Made by a program: the position numbers and the translations under genes | Assembly (NCBI GenBank): GCA_964365025.1 | Contig: CAYIOJ010000001.1 | Location: forward strand, 42,475-106,474 | Direction of reading: 5' to 3' | Source: an uncultured Gammaproteobacteria bacterium | GTDB taxonomy: Bacteria; Patescibacteriota; Patescibacteriia; Magasanikbacterales; UBA10003 | DNA: 64,000 nt | In this document: positions 38,052-48,273 of the stretch, in pieces | Layout: each line of letters starts with the position of its first letter | How positions within the stretch are numbered: the first letter of the stretch is position 1 | Notes under the pieces: model-generated | The model's input: the letters and a program-made list of their open reading frames with translations, nothing else | Databases searched by the model: none | Told to the model about the DNA's origin: nothing

Positions 38052-38777
38052 TTAATCTAATAAATTAAACTTGATAATAGACCAGATGGCGCAAAAAGCG
38101 TCTCTGGCGCCTATTTTTTTACCCTCGGCGTAAGTTCGACCGTAATAAGAAATACCAACCTCATAGAGCCGCAACTTTTGTTGAGCGATGCGAGCTGTTA
38201 TCTCCGGCTCAATATTAAAACGATTGGCGCGCAGATACGGTAAAATTTTCTGCAAAGCTTCACGAGTAAATGCTTTATATCCTGTCTCCATATCCGTCAG
38301 GTTCAAATTAGTTAACATGTTAGAAAAAAAGGTCAAAAATTTATTAGCCACAGAATGCCAAAAAAACAAAACACGATGCGGACGGTCTCCCATAAATCTT
38401 GATCCATATACCACGTCAGCTTTTCCATCAAATAAGGGCTCCAACAACAGTGAATATTCTTTTGGATCATATTCTAAATCAGCGTCCTGCATGATAATAA
38501 AATCACCAGTGGCTAAAGAAAAACCTCGGCGCAAAGCCGCTCCCTTGCCAATGTTTTTATCCTGATAAACTATCTTATATTTATCACCCAGAATTTTTAA
38601 AATTTCACGGGTTCCATCTACAGAAAAATCGTCAACAATTATTATTTCTTTTTCTATTGATTCCAAATTCACCGATTCTACTTTTGAAATAATATTAAGA
38701 ATGGTGTTTTTCTCGTTGTAAACAGGGATTATGATTGATAATTTGGACATAAAATTATTCTTTCTTGGCCAAAACAT
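38052..38777 (-). CDS. GT2 glycosyltransferase, DPM1-like polyprenyl-phosphate sugar synthase.
   Basis: [14 protein letters not shown]...[11 protein letters not shown]...QDADLEYDP. Confidence 0.65.
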   Translation of the reverse strand: MFWPRKNNFMSKLSIIIPVYNEKNTILNIISKVESVNLESIEKEIIIVDDFSVDGTREILKILGDKYKIVYQDKNIGKGAALRRGFSLATGDFIIMQDADLEYDPKEYSLLLEPLFDGKADVVYGSRFMGDRPHRVLFFWHSVANKFLTFFSNMLTNLNLTDMETGYKAFTREALQKILPYLRANRFNIEPEITARIAQQKLRLYEVGISYYGRTYAEGKKIGARDAFCAIWSIIKFNLLD

Positions 38778-39534
38778 AGATCATTTCTCGTCTTCTTGAA
38801 AAAGGAATAGAGAGCGTGCTGCAAAGTTGGGCGAAAAAATTTTTCCTTTGAAAAAATCGGCCGAGACTAAAAAAAACATTCCTGGTATTTTTCTGAAGAA
38901 CCGCAAAAAAAGACCATTCCAGTATTTTTACAACTTCATCTAATGTAAATTCCCGGCGATGACCTTTGAAATTTGAACCGCTCTCAAAAAAATCCTTAAC
39001 ATCCCAATTAGGGCTTCGGCCCAAAAGAAAAAAACGAAGACATCTTAATAAATTAGCTAGATTGGGAGTAGTTACCAAAAAAAATCCATCTTTTTTTAAA
39101 ACCCGCCGAACCTCCAAAAACAAATCCTTGGGCGAATCAGGCAGGTGTTCAATCGTCGCATCCGAGACAACCACATCAAAAGTCTCGTCTGGAAACGGCA
39201 ATGGCTCATTGACAATATCGCTTTTGATGATTTTAATTTTGCCCTCTTGCCAAATTGATTCCAATTTTTTAAAATCCGAAATCGTATAAAAATTTTGTTT
39301 TTCATCCTGAAAAATAAATTTATCAACACCAACCGCGTCTGCCTCAAGAATACCCAGTGCGCCAACCAAAATGCCAATGCCGCTTCCCACATCTAAAATC
39401 TTTTTGCCTTTTATGGCGCCAAGTGAAGAGAGCAAATTTAAAGAAATCAAAAATCTCTTAAAGTCAATCTTATATTGAAATGAAAGATGGCCAAATAATC
39501 GGTAAATTTTTTCCAGAGCTATTTTGGCATCCAT
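38755..39534 (-). CDS. Class I SAM-dependent methyltransferase.
   Basis: [15 protein letters not shown] motif I; [12 protein letters not shown]. Confidence 0.5.
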   Translation of the reverse strand: MDAKIALEKIYRLFGHLSFQYKIDFKRFLISLNLLSSLGAIKGKKILDVGSGIGILVGALGILEADAVGVDKFIFQDEKQNFYTISDFKKLESIWQEGKIKIIKSDIVNEPLPFPDETFDVVVSDATIEHLPDSPKDLFLEVRRVLKKDGFFLVTTPNLANLLRCLRFFLLGRSPNWDVKDFFESGSNFKGHRREFTLDEVVKILEWSFFAVLQKNTRNVFFSLGRFFQRKNFFAQLCSTLSIPFSRRREMIYVLAKKE

Positions 39535-39536
39535 AT

Positions 39537-40601
39537 TTATGGTGTCTTAAAATAATCTAAAATTTTGCCCACGACATTCTCTAAATTATGATTCTTCTTT
39601 ACAAATTCAATGCCTCTCTCGTTGTGGAGTATTATACCGGAATTATAAATTTTTTCAATTGTTTTAGCCAATTCTTGACAATCTCCTTCGGGAAAAGTAT
39701 AAACCAAGCCTTCTTTGGCCAAATCGACAAAAGCTTCGCTTGAAGTTATGACCATGCGACCCGAGGCCAAGGCTTCCAAAACCACCTTATCAACACTACC
39801 CGTGCGGCTAGTATGGATAAGAATATGATGGTTCAGATAAATGTTGGACATTTGTTCTGGTGGATACGAGTGAAAAGAAAATCCTGCCTCTGTTATTTCT
39901 CGTCCCATTTTAAGCAATTTGTCACGATATTGTTCGTCTCTCGGATCCGCAATATCTCCAGCAAAATGATATATTATGGTTTTAAGACCCACTATCTTTT
40001 TGCTTTGCAATTCTGCTACCGCTCGTATAACTGTTTCCCAATCCTTAGATGGAGTGACACGACCAACACTCAACAAAAATAGGGTGTCCCTGTGTTTTAA
40101 TACTTGGTGTTCATCAAGATTATTATAATTAAGTGAAGCTCTAGGAATTCCGTGTCCCGTTATTTCAACTTTCTTGCTCGACAGTCTAAAACTTTCTTTG
40201 GAGGCGGTAAAAATTTTATCCACTATTTTTTCGGCTAATTTCAACTGCCAACTGACGGCCTTATGTGTATACCAAAGGGCTATCTTTTTATGCCACAATT
40301 TCCACAATAAACCACCCAATAAAACATACTCTTTATTCATGTGCACAAAAACTCCGTCGTAATTATTTTTATATTTGAAAATATACTTATAAAAATTCCA
40401 AAGATATTTTATCCTGGACGCGTCCCTTTCTTTACCCAATGAAATAACCTTGACATTGGGCGGCAGACAATATTCGCCTTTCTGCAAACAAACAACAACA
40501 ACTGATTCGTAGTGTTTGGCAAATTCTTCAATCCAGCGATGAAAAAAACCCAAATTATTATCATTTATATCCACCTTCTGTGTTAATATTAGTAATCTCA
40601 T
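39537..40601 (-). CDS. GT4 family glycosyltransferase (start probably MRLLILTQ at 40601; the ORF extends to 40664).
   Basis: GT-B architecture; ...TSRTGSVDKVVLEALASGRMVITS matches the EX7E region. Confidence 0.5.
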   Translation of the reverse strand: MRLLILTQKVDINDNNLGFFHRWIEEFAKHYESVVVVCLQKGEYCLPPNVKVISLGKERDASRIKYLWNFYKYIFKYKNNYDGVFVHMNKEYVLLGGLLWKLWHKKIALWYTHKAVSWQLKLAEKIVDKIFTASKESFRLSSKKVEITGHGIPRASLNYNNLDEHQVLKHRDTLFLLSVGRVTPSKDWETVIRAVAELQSKKIVGLKTIIYHFAGDIADPRDEQYRDKLLKMGREITEAGFSFHSYPPEQMSNIYLNHHILIHTSRTGSVDKVVLEALASGRMVITSSEAFVDLAKEGLVYTFPEGDCQELAKTIEKIYNSGIILHNERGIEFVKKNHNLENVVGKILDYFKTP

Positions 40602-41416
40602 ACAAGGGTTGCCTCCAATCCTTTGACAAATGGAGTTGCCACAACATTCAGCAATTTTTGCCAATCATCACTTTTATAAACTTCATCGCTTAACAAAGTT
40701 TTAATTTGCCACAATGTCAGTGGGAAGAACGGCAAAAAAGAAATTACCCGAATCAAACCGGAAAAAAATACAGGAGCATTGATTTTCCAAAATTTATAAC
40801 CAAAATTCTTTAAATAGTTTAAAATTGTCTCAAAACTAATAATTTCTAGCCCAGCCATATTTATAATCTGATTTGCTGACGAATCAATGCAGGCGCTGAT
40901 TGCCATGACCAAATCTTCAATAAAAATCGGCTGTAAACGAAAATTTAAAACCGGCATTATCAGTGCAATTCTGGCCAATTTAAGCAAAAACCAGACATTT
41001 TTATTGTCGCCCGGGCCATAAACCATGCTGGGGCGCAAAATGATATAAGGCAGGCCGGAACCCAAAATATTTTTTTCCGCCGCTCTTTTAGAATCAATAT
41101 AGGGGTCATTTAGTTTTGATAAAACCCTGATACTGGACAAAAAAATTAAACGCCGAACATCCAACCGCCGTCCCATTTCAATGATATTATTGGTCCCGTC
41201 AACATTAACTCTTTCAATAAATTTTTTATTTTTATGGCCAATGATAGCCGCCAAATGGATCAGGGCGTCTATTTTTTCATCACTACAAAAACTCTGTGTA
41301 TCTTCTTTTTTAGAAACATCGCCAGTAAATAAAACAACTTCATTCCCATTCTTTTTAAGTTGTTCGACAAGATACGAACCGATAAACCCTGTCCCGCCTG
41401 TAATTAAAATGGCCAT
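40598..41416 (-). CDS. Short NAD-dependent epimerase/dehydratase family protein.
   Basis: MAILITGGTGFIGSYLVEQL; 272 aa. Confidence 0.5.
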   Translation of the reverse strand: MAILITGGTGFIGSYLVEQLKKNGNEVVLFTGDVSKKEDTQSFCSDEKIDALIHLAAIIGHKNKKFIERVNVDGTNNIIEMGRRLDVRRLIFLSSIRVLSKLNDPYIDSKRAAEKNILGSGLPYIILRPSMVYGPGDNKNVWFLLKLARIALIMPVLNFRLQPIFIEDLVMAISACIDSSANQIINMAGLEIISFETILNYLKNFGYKFWKINAPVFFSGLIRVISFLPFFPLTLWQIKTLLSDEVYKSDDWQKLLNVVATPFVKGLEATLV

Positions 41417-42759
41417 AAAAAATTTTCAAAAAAATATTTGGGCATGTGCCTTGCTAGATAGGCAGGGCGGAAATAATAAGACACAAATGCCCATTCTTTT
41501 AGTCTTAACAACTCTTCTGTTTTTAAATTTTTGTGTTTAAAAATTGGGGTATATTCATCATATTCTTCCCAATTTCGATTAAAAATCATTTTTTCTTTTT
41601 CCAACTTTTCAAAAAATCTAGTGCCGGGATAAGGCGTGACTATTGCAAATTGAGCCACTAATGTATTCAATCTCTTGGCATATCTGATTGTCTCTAAAAT
41701 TGATTCTTTTGTGTCGCCTTCCAAACCGATTAAATAAAACGCCGCCACTGTTATTCCCAGTTTATGGCAATAAGCCACCATTTCATCCTGATAAGCCTCT
41801 ACAACCGGTAAACGTTGAGACTTTTTTAAAATCTCGGGATTAGACGATTCAATTCCCACATTGATATTTCTCAATCCCGCCCGATACATCAAATTCAGTA
41901 AATCCTTATCAACTTTGTCAAGTCTGGTTTCGCACGACCAAATTATTTTTAAATTTTCCAATATCAATCTTTCAGCGAATTCTCGCGTTCTTTGCTTGCT
42001 ACAAGTAAAAAGCGGGTCCCTAAAATCAATCGCCATAACGCCATAATTATTTTTCAACTCTTTTATTTCTTTTATTATGTTGTCTATCGTTCTTAAACGC
42101 AATCTGGCGCCGGCCAGGAGCGGATAAGCGCAATAATATGAGCAGGTATGCGGACAGCCGCGAGATGCCAACATTACCGTAACCGGTTTTTTGTTTAACG
42201 CCGGCGAATAAGAATATTTTTTTAAAGAAAACGAACTCCAATCCGGAAACGGTAAATAATCCAAATTTTCAACTTGGCCCGCCTCAAAAATTCCGCTGGG
42301 CAATTCCTTTTGATTAACAATTTTTATGGCCGCCGCTTCGGCCTCACCCCTTATCACAAAATCGGCGTCATTAATAAAAAAATCCGGCAAGGCCGAGGCG
42401 AAAGTTCCATAAACTCCCACCTTGAGGCCTCTGCTTTTTATAATCCTCGCCACTTCACATTCGTGAAAACAATCAACAATAGAAGACGGGACCAGCGCCA
42501 AATCTGCAGTAATTGTTTTAATTTCCAATCCACGCCCCACCTCTACGCGTTCAACTTCCCAGCCGGCTTGTTTGAAAATAGCGACGAGATAAGCCGATGT
42601 AATTTCCGGCAAAACAACGCTCTTCTTTTTAACATATTCAAAAATTCTAGCCCGCCAAGAATTACCGATCCATGTGCCCGTGCCCATACCGCCGGCCAAA
42701 TCTTTATTAATGCACTTCTTGCTATTCCGCGCTTGAATTTCAAATAATGCAACTTTCAT
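41404..42759 (-). CDS. B12-binding radical SAM-like enzyme with a non-canonical Cx3Cx3C cluster motif.
   Basis: MLASRGCPHTCSYYCAYP; DNA checked at 42130-42165. Overall similarity to the other three B12-binding radical SAM proteins (N-terminal B12 domain, same size class). Confidence 0.5.
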   Translation of the reverse strand: MKVALFEIQARNSKKCINKDLAGGMGTGTWIGNSWRARIFEYVKKKSVVLPEITSAYLVAIFKQAGWEVERVEVGRGLEIKTITADLALVPSSIVDCFHECEVARIIKSRGLKVGVYGTFASALPDFFINDADFVIRGEAEAAAIKIVNQKELPSGIFEAGQVENLDYLPFPDWSSFSLKKYSYSPALNKKPVTVMLASRGCPHTCSYYCAYPLLAGARLRLRTIDNIIKEIKELKNNYGVMAIDFRDPLFTCSKQRTREFAERLILENLKIIWSCETRLDKVDKDLLNLMYRAGLRNINVGIESSNPEILKKSQRLPVVEAYQDEMVAYCHKLGITVAAFYLIGLEGDTKESILETIRYAKRLNTLVAQFAIVTPYPGTRFFEKLEKEKMIFNRNWEEYDEYTPIFKHKNLKTEELLRLKEWAFVSYYFRPAYLARHMPKYFFENFLWPF

Positions 42760-43736
42760 ATTTTCAACATTGCCTCAACAAACTTATCTTTATCACCCAC
42801 CGGCACAATCGTAACTTTCGAACCTGGTTTTAATTCATAATTGGCCACACCCACGTCGGTCATAATGACCGGCATGCCAACCGCGGCCGCTTCCATGGCC
42901 ACCAAACCATATCCTTCGCTCAGGCTGGGGAACAAAACACAATCAGCGGTTTTTAAATAACCATATGGATCCTCTGTCCAATTCTGTAATTTTATATTGT
43001 CATCTAAATTATTACTTATCACTTGACTCCTAATTTTTTGTTCTTCTTCACCCCGACCAACTATTAATAATAGATAATTTTTCTGTTTTATAACTTTTTT
43101 AAAAATTTCTATTAACCATGGAATATTTTTTACAGGGTCAAGCCTGCCTAAAATCAAAAATATCTTTGCATAGCCTGGATATTTACTGCGCAAATCTATT
43201 TCGAAAACAAGAGAAAGATGTCTAATCAGCTCCGGATCATTTTGTATTGATCTAACTATTATTTTACTCTCTGCAACACTCAGACTTAATAAACTTTGTT
43301 TTATTCTTTCTCCCGCCACTCTGATTTTATCCGCATGTCTCAAAATAAATTTAGCCATGCATAATTTAAACCATTGATTCTTATAATAACCGCCAAAAAA
43401 ATCACCGTGTACCTGCACTTCTAATTTAATTTTAAATTTACGCTTCAGACACCAACCAACCAAACCTGTAAAAAAGGGATCCTGTGTGGTAATTTCCTCA
43501 ATATTTTTTTCTTTAATTAACTTTTTCCCAATTTTCTTTAAACGACAAAATTGCTGTAATTTATTTCCCCCTGTTGATTGTATGTGAACAGTGGAACTTA
43601 AATCAAAGACCTCCCCTTCTCTGCTTGGAATAATAATAAATAATTCATCTTCTTTCCCATACTCAATCATGCGTCTAGTAACAATGGAATCTTTATTTAA
43701 AATATTTTCGTCCAGACTGATCATTAAAATCCTCAT
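42756..43736 (-). CDS. GT4 family glycosyltransferase.
   Basis: FPSLSEGYGLVAMEAAAVGMPVIMTDVG (EX7E motif). Confidence 0.6.
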   Translation of the reverse strand: MRILMISLDENILNKDSIVTRRMIEYGKEDELFIIIPSREGEVFDLSSTVHIQSTGGNKLQQFCRLKKIGKKLIKEKNIEEITTQDPFFTGLVGWCLKRKFKIKLEVQVHGDFFGGYYKNQWFKLCMAKFILRHADKIRVAGERIKQSLLSLSVAESKIIVRSIQNDPELIRHLSLVFEIDLRSKYPGYAKIFLILGRLDPVKNIPWLIEIFKKVIKQKNYLLLIVGRGEEEQKIRSQVISNNLDDNIKLQNWTEDPYGYLKTADCVLFPSLSEGYGLVAMEAAAVGMPVIMTDVGVANYELKPGSKVTIVPVGDKDKFVEAMLKI

Positions 43737-43739
43737 AAA

Positions 43740-45185
43740 CTACTTTGTTACAAACTTTTTTGCTAATTTAAACTCCACCGGCCACCAAAAAAATTTCAAC
43801 TTCCATCGCAATTTACAAATTAAAATAAATCCTAATTTCAAAATTCTACTGGCACTGACCGAGGAACCCAGCGCGCTCTTGACGCTATGCGCGCCAAAAC
43901 GCACATAGGCCTCCATTGATTCAACAAAATTTTTATCTTTTACCCAAGGAAAATTTTTCACCGCTAAATAGCTCAATTGATTTTGTGCCAGATGCGCCCA
44001 TTCATCTAACGTGCGCGGCGCTTGCCAACCAGCAACCAGACACTCTTCATACAAAGTGGAACCTGGATAAGGACGAAAAGCTTGCGGCCCAATAATTTGC
44101 ACTTTTTCGCTTAATTTAGCCAATTTATCAATTAAATCAAGGGTCATCATCATATCATTTTTTTCCTCTCCTGGCAAGCCAATCATAAATGAATATTGGG
44201 GAATTATATCATATCGCCAGCACATCTTAGCCGAATTGATAATTTGCTCCGGAGTGATGTGTTTTTTAATTTTTTCCAAAATTCGCAAACTGCCTGATTC
44301 TGCTCCAAAAGATAATAAATAACAACCCGACCGCCGCAACCGCTCCATTAATTCATCGTCAATCATTCCCGGCCGAATATAATCTGCCCTAACTGTTGTC
44401 TCCCACGGTATAATTAAATTTCGCTCAATCATGCCACTGACTATTTCACGCGCGCGATTAATGTCAACAAAAAAATTTTCATCCCAAAAACGCAACTTTT
44501 TATCTTTAAAATATGCCTTGCTCTTAATAATTTCCAAATCACACAAAACTTGTTCGGCCGTTCTCATTCTCCAACTATTTTTTAAAATGGCATTAATACA
44601 AAAAGTGCAAAAATGCGGACAGCCGCGCGAAGTTAACGATGGTATCAAACGCAAATTCCGCAAAATTTCAGGCGCCACCAAATCCCAATTAAACAAAGGC
44701 ATTTGGGCCGGATCATGCAATGCTCGCGGAGAATTAATAATAATTTGCCCGTCTTTTTTATAAGCAATGCCTTTGACATCTTGCCACTGCCGACCTTGAG
44801 CAATTTCCAACATGGTTATTTCCCCTTCCCCAAAACAAACCGCGTCTACCAAATCGTGCTTGGCTGTCTGATGAATAAAAAATGTTGGATGCGACCCGCC
44901 CCAAACAATTTTACAAAACGGCTTCAGCTGTCGGATTTGTTTAGCAATTTCAATTGCTTGTGGCAGCTGCATTGTCATCACGGACAATCCGGCGCACTCA
45001 CAATCAACAATTTCGCGTTGAAGCATCTCCAAATAATTTTTCTGCCTGACGCAATCAATCAATTTAACAGAAATGCCCTGACTGTCTAAAAAAGAAGCAA
45101 TACTTAGCAAGCCGACAGAAACAGAACTGTCATAATTTTCCTTGACGATATTAAATTGCGGATTGATAAGCAAAATTTTAGCCAT
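43740..45185 (-). CDS. Cobalamin-binding radical SAM enzyme (class B).
   Basis: N-terminal B12-binding-like domain; LTSRGCPHFCTFCIN (Cx3Cx2C); 481 aa. Confidence 0.65.
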   Translation of the reverse strand: MAKILLINPQFNIVKENYDSSVSVGLLSIASFLDSQGISVKLIDCVRQKNYLEMLQREIVDCECAGLSVMTMQLPQAIEIAKQIRQLKPFCKIVWGGSHPTFFIHQTAKHDLVDAVCFGEGEITMLEIAQGRQWQDVKGIAYKKDGQIIINSPRALHDPAQMPLFNWDLVAPEILRNLRLIPSLTSRGCPHFCTFCINAILKNSWRMRTAEQVLCDLEIIKSKAYFKDKKLRFWDENFFVDINRAREIVSGMIERNLIIPWETTVRADYIRPGMIDDELMERLRRSGCYLLSFGAESGSLRILEKIKKHITPEQIINSAKMCWRYDIIPQYSFMIGLPGEEKNDMMMTLDLIDKLAKLSEKVQIIGPQAFRPYPGSTLYEECLVAGWQAPRTLDEWAHLAQNQLSYLAVKNFPWVKDKNFVESMEAYVRFGAHSVKSALGSSVSASRILKLGFILICKLRWKLKFFWWPVEFKLAKKFVTK

Positions 45186-46329
45186 GCTGATTAACTTCTT
45201 TTAAGAAATTGACTGTTTGTTCAATCACATCGCTCCACACGAATTTTCTTAAACCCTGACGACAAGCGTCTTGAAAAAGAATACTCTGCCAATAAGAATC
45301 AGACAAAATATTTTTAATAGCCGCCTTAATTTGTTCACGATTATTATATTCCACCAGCAAACCATTTTTTCCGTTTTCAATCACTTCCGGATTGCCGCCG
45401 CAATTACTTGCAATAATCGGCTTGCCCAAACTTAAAACTTCCAAAATCACGTGGGACAAACCTTCATACTGCGAATTAAGAATAAAAACATCGGCTGTTT
45501 GATAGTATTCAAAAATTTTATCCAGAGGCGCGCGGCCGATAAAAAACACTTCATGTTTCAGCTTATATCCGTCTCTTATGGCCTCCAGACGCCGTCTATC
45601 CGATCCGTCGCCGATAATCAATAATTTCAAAGACGGAAATTCCTGACGCAAGCCGCTTAACACATCTATAAGTCCGTCAAAACCTTTCCAAGGCGCTAAG
45701 CGGCCGGCAGTCACAATTAATTTATCATCATTGGCTATTCCTAATTTCTCTCGCGTTGCCATTTCATCAGCAATTCGCTCCGGTAAAAAATCAACCGCGT
45801 TGTAAATCACTTGAAGTTTTGCCAAATCAACACCGATACGCACCGCTAAATCCTTCATAAAATTACTTACCGCCACAACCTTATCCGCTCCGCGCAAGAT
45901 TTTTGTTCTTAAATTTTTCAGCAGAAAAATTTTGGGACCATAACTGCCATCTTGAAAAGATAAAATATCATCTTTAGTAATACCCGCGTTGGCGGCTATT
46001 TCCCAAGCGCTGTCGCCGGCAAAACGCACTGCTAATTTTTTATTTAAAAACACTTTGCCAACGAGCCAAGACAAAAAACCGGCTGTATAAAGATCAAAAG
46101 TATAAATAATATCGGCCTGACCGGCTAGATTAAATAAATTCCACAGAAACAAAAATTTATTTGATACTTTAACGACACGATAACTTCTAATCTTTCTATC
46201 ATTCTGACCAAAAGCCAAAACAGTGATTTCAATGCCCTGCGTTTGTAAATCTGCAGCCAACTGTTCAATTATTCTCGCCGGTCCGCCGATATCCGGCGGA
46301 AAAATCCCTGAAGTAATCAATACTTTCAT
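45178..46329 (-). CDS. GT4 family glycosyltransferase (start probably MKVLITSG at 46329; the ORF extends to 46395).
   Basis: NSQYEGLSHVILEVLSLGKPIIASNCGG (EX7E). Confidence 0.6.
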   Translation of the reverse strand: MKVLITSGIFPPDIGGPARIIEQLAADLQTQGIEITVLAFGQNDRKIRSYRVVKVSNKFLFLWNLFNLAGQADIIYTFDLYTAGFLSWLVGKVFLNKKLAVRFAGDSAWEIAANAGITKDDILSFQDGSYGPKIFLLKNLRTKILRGADKVVAVSNFMKDLAVRIGVDLAKLQVIYNAVDFLPERIADEMATREKLGIANDDKLIVTAGRLAPWKGFDGLIDVLSGLRQEFPSLKLLIIGDGSDRRRLEAIRDGYKLKHEVFFIGRAPLDKIFEYYQTADVFILNSQYEGLSHVILEVLSLGKPIIASNCGGNPEVIENGKNGLLVEYNNREQIKAAIKNILSDSYWQSILFQDACRQGLRKFVWSDVIEQTVNFLKEVNQHG

Positions 46330-47252
46330 AATAAAATAATCAACACCATTACTAGCCACACTAACAAGGTGATTTGCAGAGGCCGATCGCGCCACAAATC
46401 ATCAGCTGGGCCGTCGTCGCTCGTACTTTTTTTATCAAAAATATACAAATAACGAAACAAACCATACAAAACCACTGGTACTGTCAGAATCAGCCATTGA
46501 CTCTGCCAAGTATTAAAAGTGTATAAAGTATAAGTAATTAAAATCGCGGGCAGTACCACCGTATTCATCTGATTGAGCATGCCCAAAGAGTAATCAACCA
46601 GCACGCCGCGGGCCATAGAACCGACTGAAACCAATTCGCTTTTTCTTTTGCCGATGGCTAAAAACAAAGTCAGAAAAAAAGTGCATAGAATTAACCAGGG
46701 AGAAAAAAACACTCCGATTACTATCGCGCCGGCAATAACTCGCAAAACAAAACCCAAAGCAATGCAAATGATATCAATCATAACCGCGCGCTTCAACCAA
46801 AAACTATAAATCAAATTAAGAACAACATAACCAGCTACTATCCAGAAAAAAATTAAACCCAGTTTCCAGCTTATCAATAAAGCCGCGGCTATCAATAAAA
46901 TTCCCCCAATGGCAGCGGTCAAACGAGAAATTTTTGCTGATGCAACAGGTCGATTTTTTTTTGATGGATGCTCTTGATCATTTTTAAAATCAACAACATC
47001 ATTAATCAGATAAACGCCGCTCGAAGCCAAGCAAAATAAAATAAAAGCGAACAAACTCAATCGTATGGCCGGCCAATCAGTAAATTTCTTGGCAAAAATC
47101 AACGCGGCAAAAATAAAAAAATTTTTAATCCAGTGGCGGGGGCGCAAAGAAATAAATAAGTATTTCAAAAACATAGTTATTCGTGGCGCGCAAATATCTT
47201 TTTTTTGCTGCGGACTGTCGCCGCGACTGCAAAAAAGAAATTTGCGCGCCAC
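46326..47252 (-). CDS. UbiA-family prenyltransferase, decaprenyl-phosphate phosphoribosyltransferase-like (polyprenyl-P pentose synthase).
   Basis: LINDVVDFKNDQEHPSKKNRPVAS (the NDxxDxxxD motif of UbiA) and about 8 TM. The start is uncertain (GTG 47252 or ATG 47174). Confidence 0.55.
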   Translation of the reverse strand: MARKFLFCSRGDSPQQKKDICAPRITMFLKYLFISLRPRHWIKNFFIFAALIFAKKFTDWPAIRLSLFAFILFCLASSGVYLINDVVDFKNDQEHPSKKNRPVASAKISRLTAAIGGILLIAAALLISWKLGLIFFWIVAGYVVLNLIYSFWLKRAVMIDIICIALGFVLRVIAGAIVIGVFFSPWLILCTFFLTLFLAIGKRKSELVSVGSMARGVLVDYSLGMLNQMNTVVLPAILITYTLYTFNTWQSQWLILTVPVVLYGLFRYLYIFDKKSTSDDGPADDLWRDRPLQITLLVWLVMVLIILL

Positions 47253-47257
47253 TTTAC

Positions 47258-48211
47258 TCAGCTTATTTTGTAATTTGAAGTACTAAAATAATTAATCGTT
47301 TCCGGCAAGCCATCTTCTAATTTCACTTTGGGCGACCAGTTCAATATCTTTTTAGCCAAACTGATATCCGGCTTTCTTTGGCGAGGATCATCTTCCGGCA
47401 GTTTTTCATAAACAATTTTTGATTTTGAATTAGTCAGTTTAATAATTTTTCCCGCCAACTCCTTAATTGTAAATTCATTGGGATTGCCTAAATTCACCGG
47501 GCCAATAAAATTTACCGGACTAGCCATTAATTTAATTAACCCATCAATCATATCTGACACATAACAAAAACTGCGCGTCTGGTTGCCTCGGCCATAAATT
47601 GTCAACGACCGACCGAACAACGCCTGCACAATAAAATTGCTCACCACTCGGCCGTCATCGCGCGCCATTTTCGGCCCGTAAGTGTTAAAAATACGCGCCA
47701 CTTTTATCTCCAACCCCCACTGGCGATGATAATCAAACATTAAGGTTTCGGCCACGCGTTTGCCTTCATCATAACAAGCGCGCGGGCCAATCGAGTTGAC
47801 ATTGCCGCGATAAGATTCTTTTTGCGGATGCTCCAAAGGATCGCCGTAAACTTCGGAAGTGGAGGCCTGCAAAATCCTAGCTCGATGCTTTTTAGCGCAA
47901 CCCAATACATTGATCATGCCAATGGTATTGGCTTTGATGGTGCGAATGGCATTCATTTGATAATGAATCGGCGAAGCCGGACAAGCTAAATTATAAATTT
48001 GATCAATTTTTTCTTTAATAAAAAAAGGCTCAATGATATCGTGCTGGATAAATTTGAAATTCGCATTTTTTAAAAGATGTTGGATATTTTTTTTAGAACC
48101 GGTAAATAGATTATCCAAACAAATCATTTTGTGTCCCCGCTCTAAAAGCCGCTCACAAAGATGAGAACCGATAAATCCGGCTCCGCCTGTCACTATAATC
48201 ATTTTTTGCAT
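47258..48211 (-). CDS. uxs: UDP-glucuronate decarboxylase (UDP-xylose synthase).
   Basis: [43 protein letters not shown] and [10 protein letters not shown] are typical of UXS/ArnA-decarboxylase-type SDRs. Confidence 0.65.
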   Translation of the reverse strand: MQKMIIVTGGAGFIGSHLCERLLERGHKMICLDNLFTGSKKNIQHLLKNANFKFIQHDIIEPFFIKEKIDQIYNLACPASPIHYQMNAIRTIKANTIGMINVLGCAKKHRARILQASTSEVYGDPLEHPQKESYRGNVNSIGPRACYDEGKRVAETLMFDYHRQWGLEIKVARIFNTYGPKMARDDGRVVSNFIVQALFGRSLTIYGRGNQTRSFCYVSDMIDGLIKLMASPVNFIGPVNLGNPNEFTIKELAGKIIKLTNSKSKIVYEKLPEDDPRQRKPDISLAKKILNWSPKVKLEDGLPETINYFSTSNYKIS

Positions 48212-48273
48212 ATTTCTTGCTTAAAAAAGCTTTTTTTAGTATACTCAATTTAGCTCAAAAAGTCAAACGCGAT

